From assembly GCF_006345805.1 (NCBI RefSeq), contig NC_043003.1, positions 116,064,001-116,128,000 of the forward strand: a stretch of 64,000 nucleotides of DNA, in the 5' to 3' direction. Both the position numbers and the translations under genes were made by a program. The stretch comes from Octopus sinensis. Lineage: Eukaryota. Positions 26,790 through 40,388 of the stretch are shown here, piece by piece. Within the stretch, counting starts at the first letter, position 1. Every line of letters starts with the position of its first letter. Under the pieces are notes generated by a model. That model saw nothing but the letters and a program-made list of their open reading frames with translations. It was not told the origin of the DNA and ran no database searches.

Positions 26790-27289
26790 TTGTCTGTGCG
26801 CGCGTGAGTGCGTGTGTATGCATGCACATGTGCGTGTGAGTAGATAGTTACATATATAGACAGATATTAACATGCATGTATATATAATTGAATATATAAA
26901 ACATTATATGTTTATATAGCTATATGCATACACACATGCACGCATATATATATATATAGTGATATATATCTGTCTGTGTGTGTATGTGTGCGTTTGTGAG
27001 CGTGTGCACACGTATGTGGGTATGTGTGTATGTTAGCAAACACAAATGTAGATAGATACATAGATATGTGCATAATGTTGACGTCATATGAATTGTAGAC
27101 TTTTAAGAGACGGTGGGAATGTGGCATTATAGTTAAATATACAGAGACAGGTATGTATAACTTCTAATTATACAGAAATGTATATACGTATATATACGTA
27201 TATACACATGACCGCAGTCAAATAACTGAAACACATAAAAGGATAAAAGAATACACACACACACACACGCACAAGCACACACACACAAA

Positions 27290-27784
27290 CATGTATATAT
27301 TCTATATATATATATATATATATACGATATATATATAATATCTATATATGCTGTATATATATACTATATATAAACTATATATATATACTATATATAATCT
27401 ATATATTTATATATATATATATATATATAAGATATATATTCTATATATATATATATATATATATACTATATATACTATATATACTATATATAAACTATAT
27501 ATATATACTATATATAAAATATATATATACTATATATAAACTATATGTGTATACTATATATAAACTTATATATATACTATATGTAAATTATATATATACT
27601 AGATACTATATATATATATATATACTATATATAAAATATATATACTATATATAAATGATATATATATATACTATATATAAACTATATGTATATAATATAT
27701 ATAAATTATATATATACTAGATACTATATATATATATATATATACTACATATATATATTCTCTCTGTCTCCCTATATATATGTG

Positions 27785-27855
<71 letters not shown>

Positions 27856-27860
27856 GAGAG
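27290..27860. repeat. Complex TA-rich minisatellite plus (CT)n/(TA)n/(GA)n
   Basis: Repeated TATATACTATATATAAAC-like units. Confidence 0.85.
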
Positions 27861-27904
27861 AGACACACACACACACACGCATATATATATATATGTGTGT
27901 CAGT

Positions 27905-27940
<36 letters not shown>

Positions 27941-28445
27941 TGTGTTCATAGGCCTTGTATATTAACAAAGCCACATGCACAACTAAAGTGATCAATATTT
28001 TATCTGAAACAACATGGGGTTTAAGAATGCAGATAATTATTATGATATAATGTTTATTCACTAACCTCATCACCTCACTGATATTATTCACTATATAATA
28101 TATCTCGCTGTCAGACAGTTAAATTAGAAATTTCTTGTGGCCCGTTTCATGAGATACTAACTTCTGCATGATTGGAAGGAAGCGAGAGGAAACATTTTTG
28201 CATTGAACAATAACGAAATCTACCTCCGTCATTGCAGTGAGATGTAAGGTAAGGCATTATACAGAAGCTCGAAGTAACTAAGACATCTAGCTCATATTAT
28301 GTAGTTCTGTTTCAATACACACACTCATACACACATAGATACATACACACACACACACACGCGCGGGCACATACACACTCCCACGCATAGGTGCACACAC
28401 AGACACAAATATATATATATGTGAGTGTGTGTGAGTGTGTGTATC

Positions 28446-29134
<689 letters not shown>

Positions 29135-29327
29135 TGTTTCTTTATTAGCCACACAGGGCTGCACACAGATAGAACAAATTACAAGGTAGAGCTTTTCTTT
29201 TGAAGGTTTAAAAAAAAAAAAAAAAAAGGAAGGGGGAGTTTCGATCAAAAGGGATCGTAAAAGGAGAGAAAGAGGACAAAAAAAGGGGGGGTTAAAAAAA
29301 AGGGGGGGGGAAGAAAAAAAAAAAAAA
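29135..29327 (-). mobile_element. Short 3'-end copy of the Tx1-like element
   Basis: Reverse complement of the 11130-11326 3' UTR (TGTTTCTTTATTAGCCACACAGGGCTGCACACAG...); GATA repeats on both sides. Confidence 0.9.
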
Positions 29328-29819
29328 GATAGATAGATGCATATGTTTGTGTATGTAAGTATAAAAAGTCATGTATACTTATATGTATTTGTGTGTGTGT
29401 ATGCGACTGTGTCTACGTATACACTTAAATGGCATAAAAACCAGGTAACCCGCTTTATAAGTGACTATAAATAAACACATCTTTCTGACATACACCCGAT
29501 TGAAATCATTGCAAGAGACAATCTGTAAATACGATTATAAAATATGAAAGAAATCCAAAAGATAAAAATCATGTTTAAAATGCAAACATACACTCTCTCG
29601 AATGTCGATTAATTTCACACAAAAATGATTCACTTGAAGAGGATCAAATGTGAGGATTTACGTACTCGCAGTTGATTATCTCTCTCATAAACCATAAATA
29701 ACTCCACTCATATTTTCTGCAAAAATAAGCCACGTACAGAACGCGTGTGAGCTAACTACGTAAAATGATGGCCATAGTTTTTTCACTTTGAGTTAGTGTC
29801 CACGCATATTATCCTTGCT

Positions 29820-30201
29820 GTGGAGGCGCAATGGCCCATTGGTTAGGACAGCGGACTCGCGGTCGTAGGATCGCGGTTTTGATTTCCAGACCGGGCGTTG
29901 TGAGTGTTTATTGAACGAAAACACCTAAAGCTCCACGAGGCTCCGGCAGGGGATGGTGGTGATCCCTGCTGTACTCTTTCACCACAACTTTCTCTCACTC
30001 TTACTTCCTGTTTCTGTTGTACCTGTTTTTCAAAGGGCCGGCCTTGTCACACTCTGTGTCACGCTGAATATCCCCGAGAATTACGTTAAGGGTACACCTG
30101 TCTGTGGAGTGCTCAGCCACTTACACGTTAATTTCACGAGCAGGCTGTTCCGTTGATCGAATCAACCGGAACCCTCGTCATCGTAACCGACGGAGTGCTT
30201 C
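29820..30201 (+). mobile_element. tRNA-derived SINE (family S3) with 15-bp TSD
   Basis: Head GGAGGCGCAATGGCCCATTGGTTAGG; TSD CATATTATCCTTGCT at 29805-29819 and 30202-30216. Confidence 0.85.
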
Positions 30202-30396
30202 CATATTATCCTTGCTATAAATATTGCCCAGTTTTTCATAATCCAGTTGCGTACAATATTTTCATACGTTCAGGTAAGAATTTTTAATAAAATGTATTTC
30301 TAATTTTCCAGTATTTTGGGTTATTCTTTCAACATTTGTGGAAGGAACCGATCTTGAATTTGTTGTCACAACAGACAAGTAATATTTCCACTAATA

Positions 30397-30742
30397 AAAA
30401 CGACAAAAAGACCAGATTTAGTCCTACGGAACAGAGAACGGAGAATAAGAATTTTGCTAGAACTGACAGTGCCATGGGAAGAGAACATCAGCAATGCAGA
30501 GGAACGGAATGAGAAGAGGTACGAAAAACTAATCGAAGAGTGCAGAGAACAGGGATGGAATGTCGAGTATTACCACCTGGCAGTGGGGTCTATGGGCTTC
30601 ATTGAAAGAAAAATGACAACGCCATTCAAAAGAAGATTTGTTTTTTTCTAGCTCAGAGCTAAGAAAACTAATAAGGAGAGTACAGGAGGCGGTCGAAAAG
30701 GCCAGCTTCTATATATGGCTGGAGCGGGAAAACCAAAAATGG
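30397..30742 (+). mobile_element. HERO/NeSL-like (R2 superfamily) restriction-like endonuclease C-terminal fragment
   Basis: KRPDLV..LLELTVPWEENISNAEERNEKRYEKLIEECREQGW..AVGSMGF..EKASFYIWL, with one frameshift. Confidence 0.8.
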
Positions 30743-30799
30743 CTATATTCTTACAAGTGCTCAAAAGTTTGAATCTTTTGAGCACTTGTAAGAATATAG
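30743..30799. repeat. Perfect 25-bp-arm hairpin with 7-nt loop
   Basis: CTATATTCTTACAAGTGCTCAAAAG-TTTGAAT-CTTTTGAGCACTTGTAAGAATATAG. Confidence 0.95.
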
Positions 30800-30819
30800 T
30801 GTTTTATTATTCTACATGT

Positions 30820-31200
30820 GTTAGTCATTTGACTGTAGCCATAATGGAACAGAGATTTAAAGGATTTTAGTCGGAGAAATAATCGACCCCAAGACTCATT
30901 CTTTGTAAGACTAGTACTTATTCTGTCGGTCTGTTTTACGGAACCGCTAATTTACGGGGACGTAAACTCACCAACACCGGCTGTTAAGTGGTGGTGGTGG
31001 GGAAACTTACTCACATACACACGAATATTTACAGTATATATGACAGGCTTCTTTCAGTTTACGTCTACCTAATCCACTCACAAGGCTTTAGTTGGCCCGA
31101 GGCTATAGTAGAAGACACTTGCCGAAGATGCCACCAAGTGGAACTGAGCCGTAACCATGTGGTTGGGAAGCAAGCTTCTTACCTCACAGCTACGTTTGCG
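30820..31200 (-). mobile_element. S1 SINE, diverged
   Basis: Reverse complement of S1 head and tail motifs. Confidence 0.7.
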
Positions 31201-32191
31201 CTGATGCATGCGTGTGTGTGTGTGTGTGTGTGTTTGATAAAGGGTATTTTTCAAATGAGTTATTTGGTCTGCTCCGATAAAGTTGTGTCTTTCAATGATG
31301 CATCAATAGAAATGTTCTTCATTTTTTAGGAAAATCTCTTTCACCGCTGAATCATAGATGTTTAAACATGTAAAGTGTATATTCAATATGAAGCAAAAAT
31401 CTTAGGTCTTGGTAGTGTATAAAGCTAGGGTATTTATAGAGAAGTACTCAGCCCGAGTTCTAGCTATCAACAAAATTCGAAGTTCTTCATCTGTAGAGAA
31501 TCCTGATTTCCAGAGGGTAACATCATTATGTGAGTTTGTCAAAAAGTTAATCATAATCCAAATAAGAGGACAAAGAAATTATTTAACGCATCTTTAATTA
31601 TCAGTTACAGTTGTTTCTGTACTTAATCTGCTTGCAATGTCCGTTGAAGCAAAAATTCGAAGTGAAAATTCATGTAATGTCTGTGGTTAAAGACTGGTAC
31701 ATCATCAGACTTGCTTTCACATTATGGGTACAATGTGAAAGCGCATCGTTGATGCAAATCTGATGTGGCAATGTAATGTCTAAAACTGCAAACAGTACGT
31801 ACATTTTCGCTCCGAATTTTTGCTTAAACTGACATTGCAAGCAGGGTGGGTACACAAACAACTGTGACAAATTATAAAAGGTGTGTTTAAAAATCTCTTT
31901 GTATTCTAATTATAAGAATACGAAGAATGTCGAACCCACGGTCCGGTATGAGGTACAGATGAGAGCAGCAATATCCAACTCCCTCGTATATCAAATCGAC
32001 CAATAAGCAAGAGAAGAAAACTGATGCATGAATGATGTGTAAATTAAAAATCACGGTGGTGTTCCAGCTTGACCGCAGAAACGAGTAAAAGAATATGTGT
32101 AAGGGTGTGTATGTATGTGTGTGGTGTGTGTCTGTGTGTCTGTGCGTGTCTATGTGTCTGTCTAAATCTATATCTATATCTATATCTATAT

Positions 32192-32257
<66 letters not shown>

Positions 32258-32449
32258 TATATATGTATATATAATCTTTTATCTTTTACATATATGTATA
32301 TAATACAAATAAGACAATGGGGAAACAATTTAGTTGGTTCATCAACTTTCGGATATTAGAATGTTGAATTATTTATTCATTTAACAAAAATGAGAACCTT
32401 ATAGCATACATATATACATTATAATTCAATACATATAAGATAATAATGC

Positions 32450-32533
<84 letters not shown>

Positions 32534-34333
32534 CATGCGTAAAAGAAAGCGAATATATACATCGTATATATATATATATTCATATATAAGTGTGTATGTG
32601 TGCAGGGAGCACACAGTCTGCGTTGCTTTTAATGATGGAACTATTGTAATTAATTAAGCAGTCTTGTGTTGCGTGTCAACCATGTATGTAGATCTAGACA
32701 TACACGTCTCTTCCTAACACACAATTAAGGCATGAATGAAAATGCTTCGTATATGCGTTAAATTCTTAATATCCTTTTTAACTCGTTCTACTCTCATCTT
32801 GCTTTGACCACCCAGGAGTACAGCTGTCGAGAACAACGCTTACTCAGACGTCTTTGTCTAGAACATTAGTCATGGACAGATGTACAATTAATTATGAACC
32901 CAATCGATGTAAATCACAACGAAGAGTCTGGTTAAAATAATCTTTTTCTTCTTCACCTGGAGTTTTGTTAACCGTTATCCATTCCGAATAAAATTATTTC
33001 CAGAAAAGAAAATCACTAATTTGCGATAAATTCATAGAGAAGTGTGTAAATTTATTGTAATATTAATTTCATATTTAAGGTTCGACATTGCAAATCTAAT
33101 AGAATTGCGCAGCTTGGATATGGTATGTATTAACTCATTTACAATCGGTTTGTGTAAAGCATTTTATTCTCATGAAATGGATAAATATATTTTCCCAGCA
33201 ATACAAATACATATGTCTTAACAGTTTTATCAACAACTAATCCATAATCTGCTTTAAGCGGCAAGTTCATAATAAAAGAACAGTTGAACTTCAAAAGAGA
33301 ATTGAACTTCAACAAGACATCTATACTCTTTTACTCTTTTACTCTTTAACCTGTTTCAGAACACACACACATAAATATACAAACACGCACACAGACACAT
33401 GCACACAAGATTGATAGATAGATTGATTGGTAGACTGATATATAGATAGGTAGATAGATAGATAGATAAACAAGTAACAGTAGTAAAATTTATCAACTGA
33501 TTTATCAAATTATACGGTGCCAACAGTTAGAGGCTATATAACTTAATACCCTGGATAGAAAGAAGAAAATATATTTGTTTGTCTATGAATTTTGACAGTT
33601 TTCATCTTTAGCTGGGCTTGTGTCCATGGATATGGAGACAAGAGAAAAGTCTGGAGCTTATATGGAATCCAGTTGAAGTTATGTGTAACAGACTGGATAA
33701 GATATGAAAGGTGTGTATAATAATTAAGCAACAATTAGAGGCTCCTAAATGAGTGAAAGATTTTCGTGATTGAAAGATGTTGTGACGAGTTTCGATTAGT
33801 AGTCGTTGGATAGGCAAGATGTCAAATGGTTACTTCATAGTTTATTTCGATTCATAATATTAAATTTTATAATATTAGTGATAAAGATTTAATTGATAAT
33901 TTTCGAGATACTTCTAATAATAATTATAATTTTGTTAGGTTTAGTGGTAAAAATAATAGATATTATAAAAAAAATAATAAAAATGATAAAAATATAAATA
34001 ATAATAATAATAATAATAATAAATATAATAATAATAATAATAATATAAATAAGAATAATAAAAATAAAAATAAATTTAATAATTATTATAATAATTATAT
34101 TGATAAAATTAATAATATTAATAATTCCTTAAATGCTGTACATAGATATAATTTTGATAATAATTTTAATAAAATAAAGAATTATAAATATATTTATAAT
34201 AATGATAATAATAATAAGGTTATTAAGAATAAAATATGGTTAATAGTTCCTTATGGAGATCAAGTAAAAACGAATATTATTAAGAGATTTTAGATGTTAT
34301 AGAACTATTTATTAGAGATAATCATAAATATAG

Positions 34334-34939
34334 AAACATTTTTCTTTTAATAATTTTGGAGTTGGTTATTCTACCACTAATAATGTTGGTAACATTATTT
34401 CTTCATTTAATAAATATAAACTGAATAATTTTTATAAAAAGAAATTATTTGATAATAATATTAATAATGATAAGACTTATATTAATTGTACATGTAGAGA
34501 TAAATCTAATTGTATATTAAATAATAATTGTGATATTAACGATGTAGTGTATAAATGTATAGTTACATTACATGTTAATAACTTTAAGAATGATAATTAC
34601 CCAAAAGCGGTTTATATAGGTTCTACTTCCTCAAAAATAAAACTAAGAATCGCACAACATATGAATTCTTTTAAAAATAAAAACTTAATCAACTCAACCG
34701 GACTTAGTAAGTACATTTGGAGTCTTAAATCACTAAATATTAATTATAGTTTAATTTGGGAAATAATTTGTAAAACTAAATCATATACTATAGGAGCTAA
34801 TTGTTGTTATTTATGCTCTAATGAGTTTAAAGAAATTTTATTTTATAAGTATGATAATTTACTTAATACTGGTGAAGAGCGCAAAATAAAATGCAGACAT
34901 AAGTTACTTTACCTATATAATAAGTTTCATGATAAATAG
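34334..34939 (+). CDS. GIY-YIG endonuclease domain of a Penelope-like element (stop-to-stop open frame of 201 codons)
   Basis: CTCRDKSNC..NC..VVYKC..VYIGSTS..KLRIAQHMNSF..NSTGLSKYIWSLK..CYLC..E..KCRH; upstream continuation needs two 1-nt frameshifts in T-runs (about 34290 and 34345). Confidence 0.85.
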   Translation, partial: KHFSFNNFGVGYSTTNNVGNIISSFNKYKLNNFYKKKLFDNNINNDKTYINCTCRDKSNCILNNNCDINDVVYKCIVTLHVNNFKNDNYPKAVYIGSTSSKIKLRIAQHMNSFKNKNLINSTGLSKYIWSLKSLNINYSLIWEIICKTKSYTIGANCCYLCSNEFKEILFYKYDNLLNTGEERKIKCRHKLLYLYNKFHDK

Positions 34940-35344
34940 CAATAATAGTTCCCTATTAGGTTACTTTAGTTAGTTTAAATTAGTTTAGATAATATATTTT
35001 TTGGTTATGTAGTCTAGGCTTTAATTATAGTTAGTCTTTATTGATATTTCTTTGTTTTAATTAGTTTATTTTTAATGTATATTAATATAACAGTTTATGG
35101 TATGTTAAAACTTTAATAAGTTATATTAGATTTTTTTATTTTCTTTATTATATATTTTTTTATTTTATTTTATTTTATTATGTATTCTTATTATGCATTT
35201 GTTATATGTATTTTGGAGGAGATATAATATTTATATGTTGATGGGTGTTTTTAGTGTGTTTTTTATTGAGTTTTGTATGTATGTGTGAATGTTTACGATC
35301 CCTTTGTTTTTTGTTTTTTATTTGGTATGTTGAATTGACAGATT

Positions 35345-37980
35345 TTATTTGGGTTTGTCTGTTATAATAAAGTATACACACCCTAACAATATAAGTGCCC
35401 ACTTCATTCGCGCGTACCTGGAATTGCATGTGAGCCTCAACATACACCAAACGGCCACTCCCGCCTTATACGGACAAATAAACACATACATCCCCAAAAA
35501 TGGGCGTAATCCCACTCACACCAATCATATGTATACAATTATACACACTAGAATAATACATAACTAACCCAAATATACAGAACATATTAAAAATCACCAC
35601 AAACCACCATCAAAATGAAACCTACACCCATACAATGACAAAACTCCCCCCTCTATACCCAATTTACACCAAATAGCAATCCCAATATATTCATCCATAC
35701 ATGGACGCACGTGCGTGAAGCACATGCACACAATAAATACGTACAACCCCCCAATACACACTCATATACATACGTATCAAGCTCGACATCCACAGCAATA
35801 CGCTTACACCCACTCACACCCAGATGGGTGAATTGCACAACCAGGGAACGCACACACACACGTGTGCGTATTTTGATTGTGCAACTCGCCCATATGCATG
35901 TATGCGGGCGCGATTACATTGTTGCACATATCGAGCCCAACTAGCATGAGGGGGTACACGTACATGCCGTGCGCGTGTACCCCCTGCATTTATACCCGTG
36001 CGTGAATATACACATGGAGACTACCACACAGGTACAAATGTGTATAGTAATGGGAGCCCCATCACTACACTCAATGTATACTCTCACCCATCCGCACGGA
36101 TTGAAAGCGAATCTCCGGTGTATATGTTGAGGTTATATGTAGCGCTGTGGAGTTGAACGTCGTTGAAATTGTGAATGAATGGGTGGAGTTGGGAATTGTA
36201 ACCGGGTGGTGGGCTAGCGTTGCTTGGAATTGGGAATGGAATAGTGTAGTAGTAAGGCAGGTATCGAGAATAGATTTGGTTACTGCAAGTTGTTTTGTTA
36301 GAGCTGCTAAGATGAGCTAAATCTCATAATTGTATATAATAATTTATTATGGTAGTTTTATTAAAGAATCCATTCATAATAAAATTTTTTAAGTAGTGTT
36401 GGTTTGCCACGTGGATATAGTTTTTAGTTCTATTTATTCTATTTCTCCATTCATAATTTTAAATGACGTTTACTTTCCATGGCGCGTATTCTTTTTTACA
36501 TAAGTTATATTTCTATGGTAACGTAATTTTGGTTTGGTTTTTTTAACGGCTAAGAATTTAATTTCACTTCATAATTTGAAACTGACTTGTAAGTATGTAT
36601 TTTATTTCTCCTTATGTCATATTGTTATTTTGATATTCTGGTTAATTACGATGTATTTAATGTTGTTTTTATTGGAGTGTTTATGTATATGAGATTGTGT
36701 GTGAGTTTTTAGTTGTATAATTTATTTATCTGTATGAGTGTGGGTGTGTAAATATTGTTGTATATATCGAGTTTAGTGAGTATGTATATGCGTATATGTG
36801 AGGGAGTATAAGTATCTGTTGTGTGTGTGTGTTTGCGGTGTGTGTGTGTTGTGTGTGAATGTGTATATGGGTTTGTTATTTAGGTTTTGGGATGTGTATG
36901 TGTTAATTGTCTGTGTGGGGAGGGAGTGGGTTTTGGTGTATATTGAGGTTTATAAGTTAGTATAGGTATGTGTATAGTCGGGTCTGTGGTTACGTGTGTG
37001 TGTTTTTGTGTGTGAATGTTTAGGTTAGGGGGATTGCTATATAGGTTTGTTATAGAGTTAGCAAAGGGAGATTTTATCGTTATATGTTTTTAAGAGTTTT
37101 GGTTTATCATGGTTTTTTAGGGAATTCGTGGTAATTTGTCTCTATTTCGTTGTTGGTGTTTTATTACATTGTTTCATTCATAATTTTTGAGTGGTGTTCG
37201 TTTTGCCACGTGAATATTATTTTTAATTCCATTTATTCCATTTCTCCATTCATTATTTTAAAAGATGTTCGTTTCCAGAGCGGTTATACTTTTTATACAT
37301 ATGTTAAGTTCCTTGGTAAAGTAATTTTGTTTGGTGTATATGTTGAGGCTTATATGTACTTCGGGTGTGTGTGAGTGGGGTGGGTGTTTGTATTTGTTAT
37401 GGGTGTGTGGTTTACGTGTGTGTATTGGTGTGTGAATGTATAGGTTAAAGGGATTGCTATATAAGTATGTTATAGTGTTTAGTAAAGGGAGGTTTTATCA
37501 TTTATGTTTTGTGAGTTTTAGCTTATCATGGTAGTTTTATAAAAGAATCCATTCATAATTTTTGTGTTTATTTGTCTGTGTGGGGTTGAGTGGGTTTTTG
37601 GAGTATATGTTGAGATTTATATGTATGTATTGGTATGTGTAAGTGGTGTGGGTATTTGTATATGTCGTGGGTGTGTGATTTACGTGTGTGTATTTGTGTG
37701 TGAATGTTTAGGTTAGGGGGGTGCTATATAGGTATGTTATAGAGTTTAGTAAAGGGAGATTTTATCATTATATGTTTTTATGAGTTTTGGTTTATCATGG
37801 TAGGTTTGTTAAGGAATTCGTAGTAATTTGTGTCTATTTGCGATGTCTGTTGTTTTATTGCATTGTTTCATTCATAATTTTTAAGTAGTGTTAGTTTTAC
37901 CAAGTGAATATAATTTTTAATTCCATTTATTCTATTTCTCTGTTCATAATTTTAAGTGATGTCCGTTTTCTAGAGCGTGA
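35345..37980. repeat. Diverged internal repeats (TG-rich, recurring at about 36345, 37105, 37525, 37793) plus an inverted CA-rich block at about 35345-36090
   Basis: Recurrent TATCATGGT...TTCATAATTTTT blocks; reverse complement of 35401-35500 aligns to 36895-36960 and 37560-37660. Confidence 0.7.
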
Positions 37981-38412
37981 ATGTGGGGTGTGTGTGTGTG
38001 TGTGGGGTATGAATAAGTATTGTGTTGAAGTATTTAGCTATTTTATTTATTTATAGTTGCCTAGACGTTTTATGTGTATGTATAGGGATATATATATAGG
38101 GGTGTGATTTAGTGTATGTAGTTAGATATGGTATATATAATTAGGTATATGTGTATGGGTGTATATATAGTTTATTATTATATTATTATTTTTTTTTTGT
38201 TTTGTTTATATTTTATATTTTATATTTTATATTTTATATTTTATATTTATTGTTGATAGGTTTATTTTAGTTTATATATTGTTTATATATTGATTATATA
38301 TGGATTATATATAGGTTATATATGGATATATATTTATATTTTTTCATTCATACTTTAATTATTTTAAAATTATTATTTTATATTTTAAAATATTGATTTT
38401 TAGATGGGAAGT

Positions 38413-38455
38413 CCACCTGAAGATTGTCGATCAAGAAAAGAAACAATTGTAGTGG
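38413..38455 (+). ncRNA. Minimal type I hammerhead motif carrying a 5-nt AGAAA duplication
   Basis: CCAC-CTGAAGA-TTG-TCGAT-CAA-[GAAAA]-GAAA-CAATTG-TA-GTGG: stem I CCAC/GTGG, palindromic stem III ACAATTGT, GUA cleavage triplet. Confidence 0.7.
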
Positions 38456-38640
38456 CGGTTTTTTTGACTATTTATTAATATTTTATGTATTGATTAAGTC
38501 TTTCCTTGTTTGTTTTGCAAAATAGTGGTTTTGTCTCTAATAATTATTATAATATTTTACTATAAAATTGGATTTAATCCTAAATCTGATTTTTTCCCTG
38601 TAAATTTGGATTATTCCCTAATATTTAATGTATATATATA

Positions 38641-38693
<53 letters not shown>

Positions 38694-39074
38694 CGTTTAT
38701 ATATACAGTGTATATACATAACCGTTATTGCTGTGTTTACGATCCGTAACCTACATATTCGGCAACAGAGTTTGGTATAATAAGTACTAGGCTTAAGAAA
38801 ACGTAAGTATTTGTGTTGATTCATTCGACTAAAAAGTAATTCTACGCGGTACCCCAACAGGGCCACAGTGAAATTACTGAAGCCAGTGAAAGCTACACAT
38901 ACACAGCAAGCGTTATGAACATAGACTCCTGTGCAAGCAGACCTTCCCCAATGACAAACACAACAGCCATTAGCATATTCGAAATTTGCTTAGCATACCA
39001 AGAGTATATATGCAGGTCATCGTTTGATTCTAACTGTGCACCGTATGAAATTATTGTCGTCTTGCTGATACAAG

Positions 39075-39470
39075 GTGGTATCAGGTGTTCCCAGATTAGT
39101 TATGTTTAATAAAAGATAATTTATTTACCTAAGTTTTAATATTTTCTCCTTCGAAATAGTTATCTTGTGCAGAAATACACCGGTTCTAGTGTTCCTGACA
39201 CTTTAGGATTCTGGCCTCTAATTTGATTTCTGTAAGCAATGGCTCTCGAGAATTGTGTTGAAACGGCCTCCTCAGGTGCTAAATCTGGCGAATAGGACTG
39301 CTGCGGAAGAAATTCTATGTTGTAATTGGCGTGAAGCTCACGAATGAGGAGAGCTCGGTAAAGAACCTAATTCTTCGCGCTCCACACACTCGGTCGCTTA
39401 CACCGGATGTTCTCCCACAAACTCTTCAAAAGATTGAAGTAGAACTGTCGACTGACGGTCTTGATGCACT
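39075..39470 (-). mobile_element. Mariner (Tc1/mariner) transposase C-terminal remnant
   Basis: Fragments KTVSRQFYFNLLKSLWENIRCKRP, FLPQQSYSPDLAP (39274-39294), RCISAQDNYFEG; stops, frameshifts and deletions. Confidence 0.8.
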
Positions 39471-39724
39471 ATTCCACATTTCCGCTCATCTTATGCCGGG
39501 GAAATTCTTCCGCTTTTGAAGCGCCGAGTGTCCTAAAGTCTCCTTGAATCAAGACGAATCCAGGGGAAACAACTGCGAAAATATCAGCATGAAAAACAAC
39601 ATTAACACCAACAAGAAGAACAGCAAAAAATAACAATAAGATGGAGAATGAAAGCAAGAACAGCGTTAAGACATTTCACATTAAGATCAACAAACACTAA
39701 TCCCTAAAAAATAACAATAATATA

Positions 39725-39905
39725 GGTGCAGGAGTGGCTGTGTGGTAAGTAGCTTGTCTACCAACCACATGGTTCCGGGTTCAGTTCCATTGCGTGGCAC
39801 CCTGGGCAAGTGTCTTCTACTATAGCCTCGGGCCGACCAAAGCCTTGTTAGTGGATTTGGTAGACGGAAACTGAAAGAAGCCCATTGTATATATGTATAT
39901 GTATA

Positions 39906-39948
<43 letters not shown>

Positions 39949-40150
39949 CTGTGTTTGTCCCCCTAGCATTGCTTCACAACCGATGCTGGTGTGTTTATGT
40001 CCCCGTTACTTAGCGGTTCGGCAAAAGAGACTGATAGAATAAGTACTGGGCTTACAAAAGAATAAGTTCCGGGGTCGAGGTGCTCGACTAAAGGCGGTGC
40101 TCCAGCATGGCCGCAGTCAAATGACTGAAACAAGTAAAAGAGTAAAAGAG
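39725..40150 (+). mobile_element. Full-length S1 SINE
   Basis: Head, internal (TA)n(TG)n, tail GTCAAATGACTGAAACAAGTAAAAGAG. Confidence 0.85.
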
Positions 40151-40242
40151 AATAAGAACAATGGAAATAGCCAGAAAATAAAAGTGACTGTGGGAAAAAC
40201 AGCAGAACAGGAAAACGGCAACAGCCCCCCCCCCCCGACTTC

Positions 40243-40388
40243 CTACGCAACTGCTGAGCCTGGATGCGCATTCATCCATTCGTCGATGTTCTCGATGTCG
40301 GGGTTTGACCTGCTTTCTCTTCTGCGGGTCTTACGAATAGCAAAGGACCACGTTTCGGACTTCTCCCACTGGGACGAAGACCGCTTCA
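40243..40388 (-). CDS. Candidate terminal coding exon (KRSSSQWEKSETWSFAIRKTRRRESRSNPDIENIDEWMNAHPGSAVA*), product unknown
   Basis: Pyrimidine-rich TTGTTCAG acceptor, GC-rich, 47 open codons to TAG; no family recognised. Confidence 0.3.

Larger units (their letters stand above)
33840..38633 (+). mobile_element. Very AT-rich Penelope-like element: RT C-terminus/GIY-YIG, long repetitive 3' region, terminal HHR; boundaries approximate
   Basis: IWLIVPY..VKTNI..RF (WFNPPY-like, 34237), GIY-YIG frame 34334-34939, HHR 38413-38455, ends at (TA)n. Confidence 0.65.
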
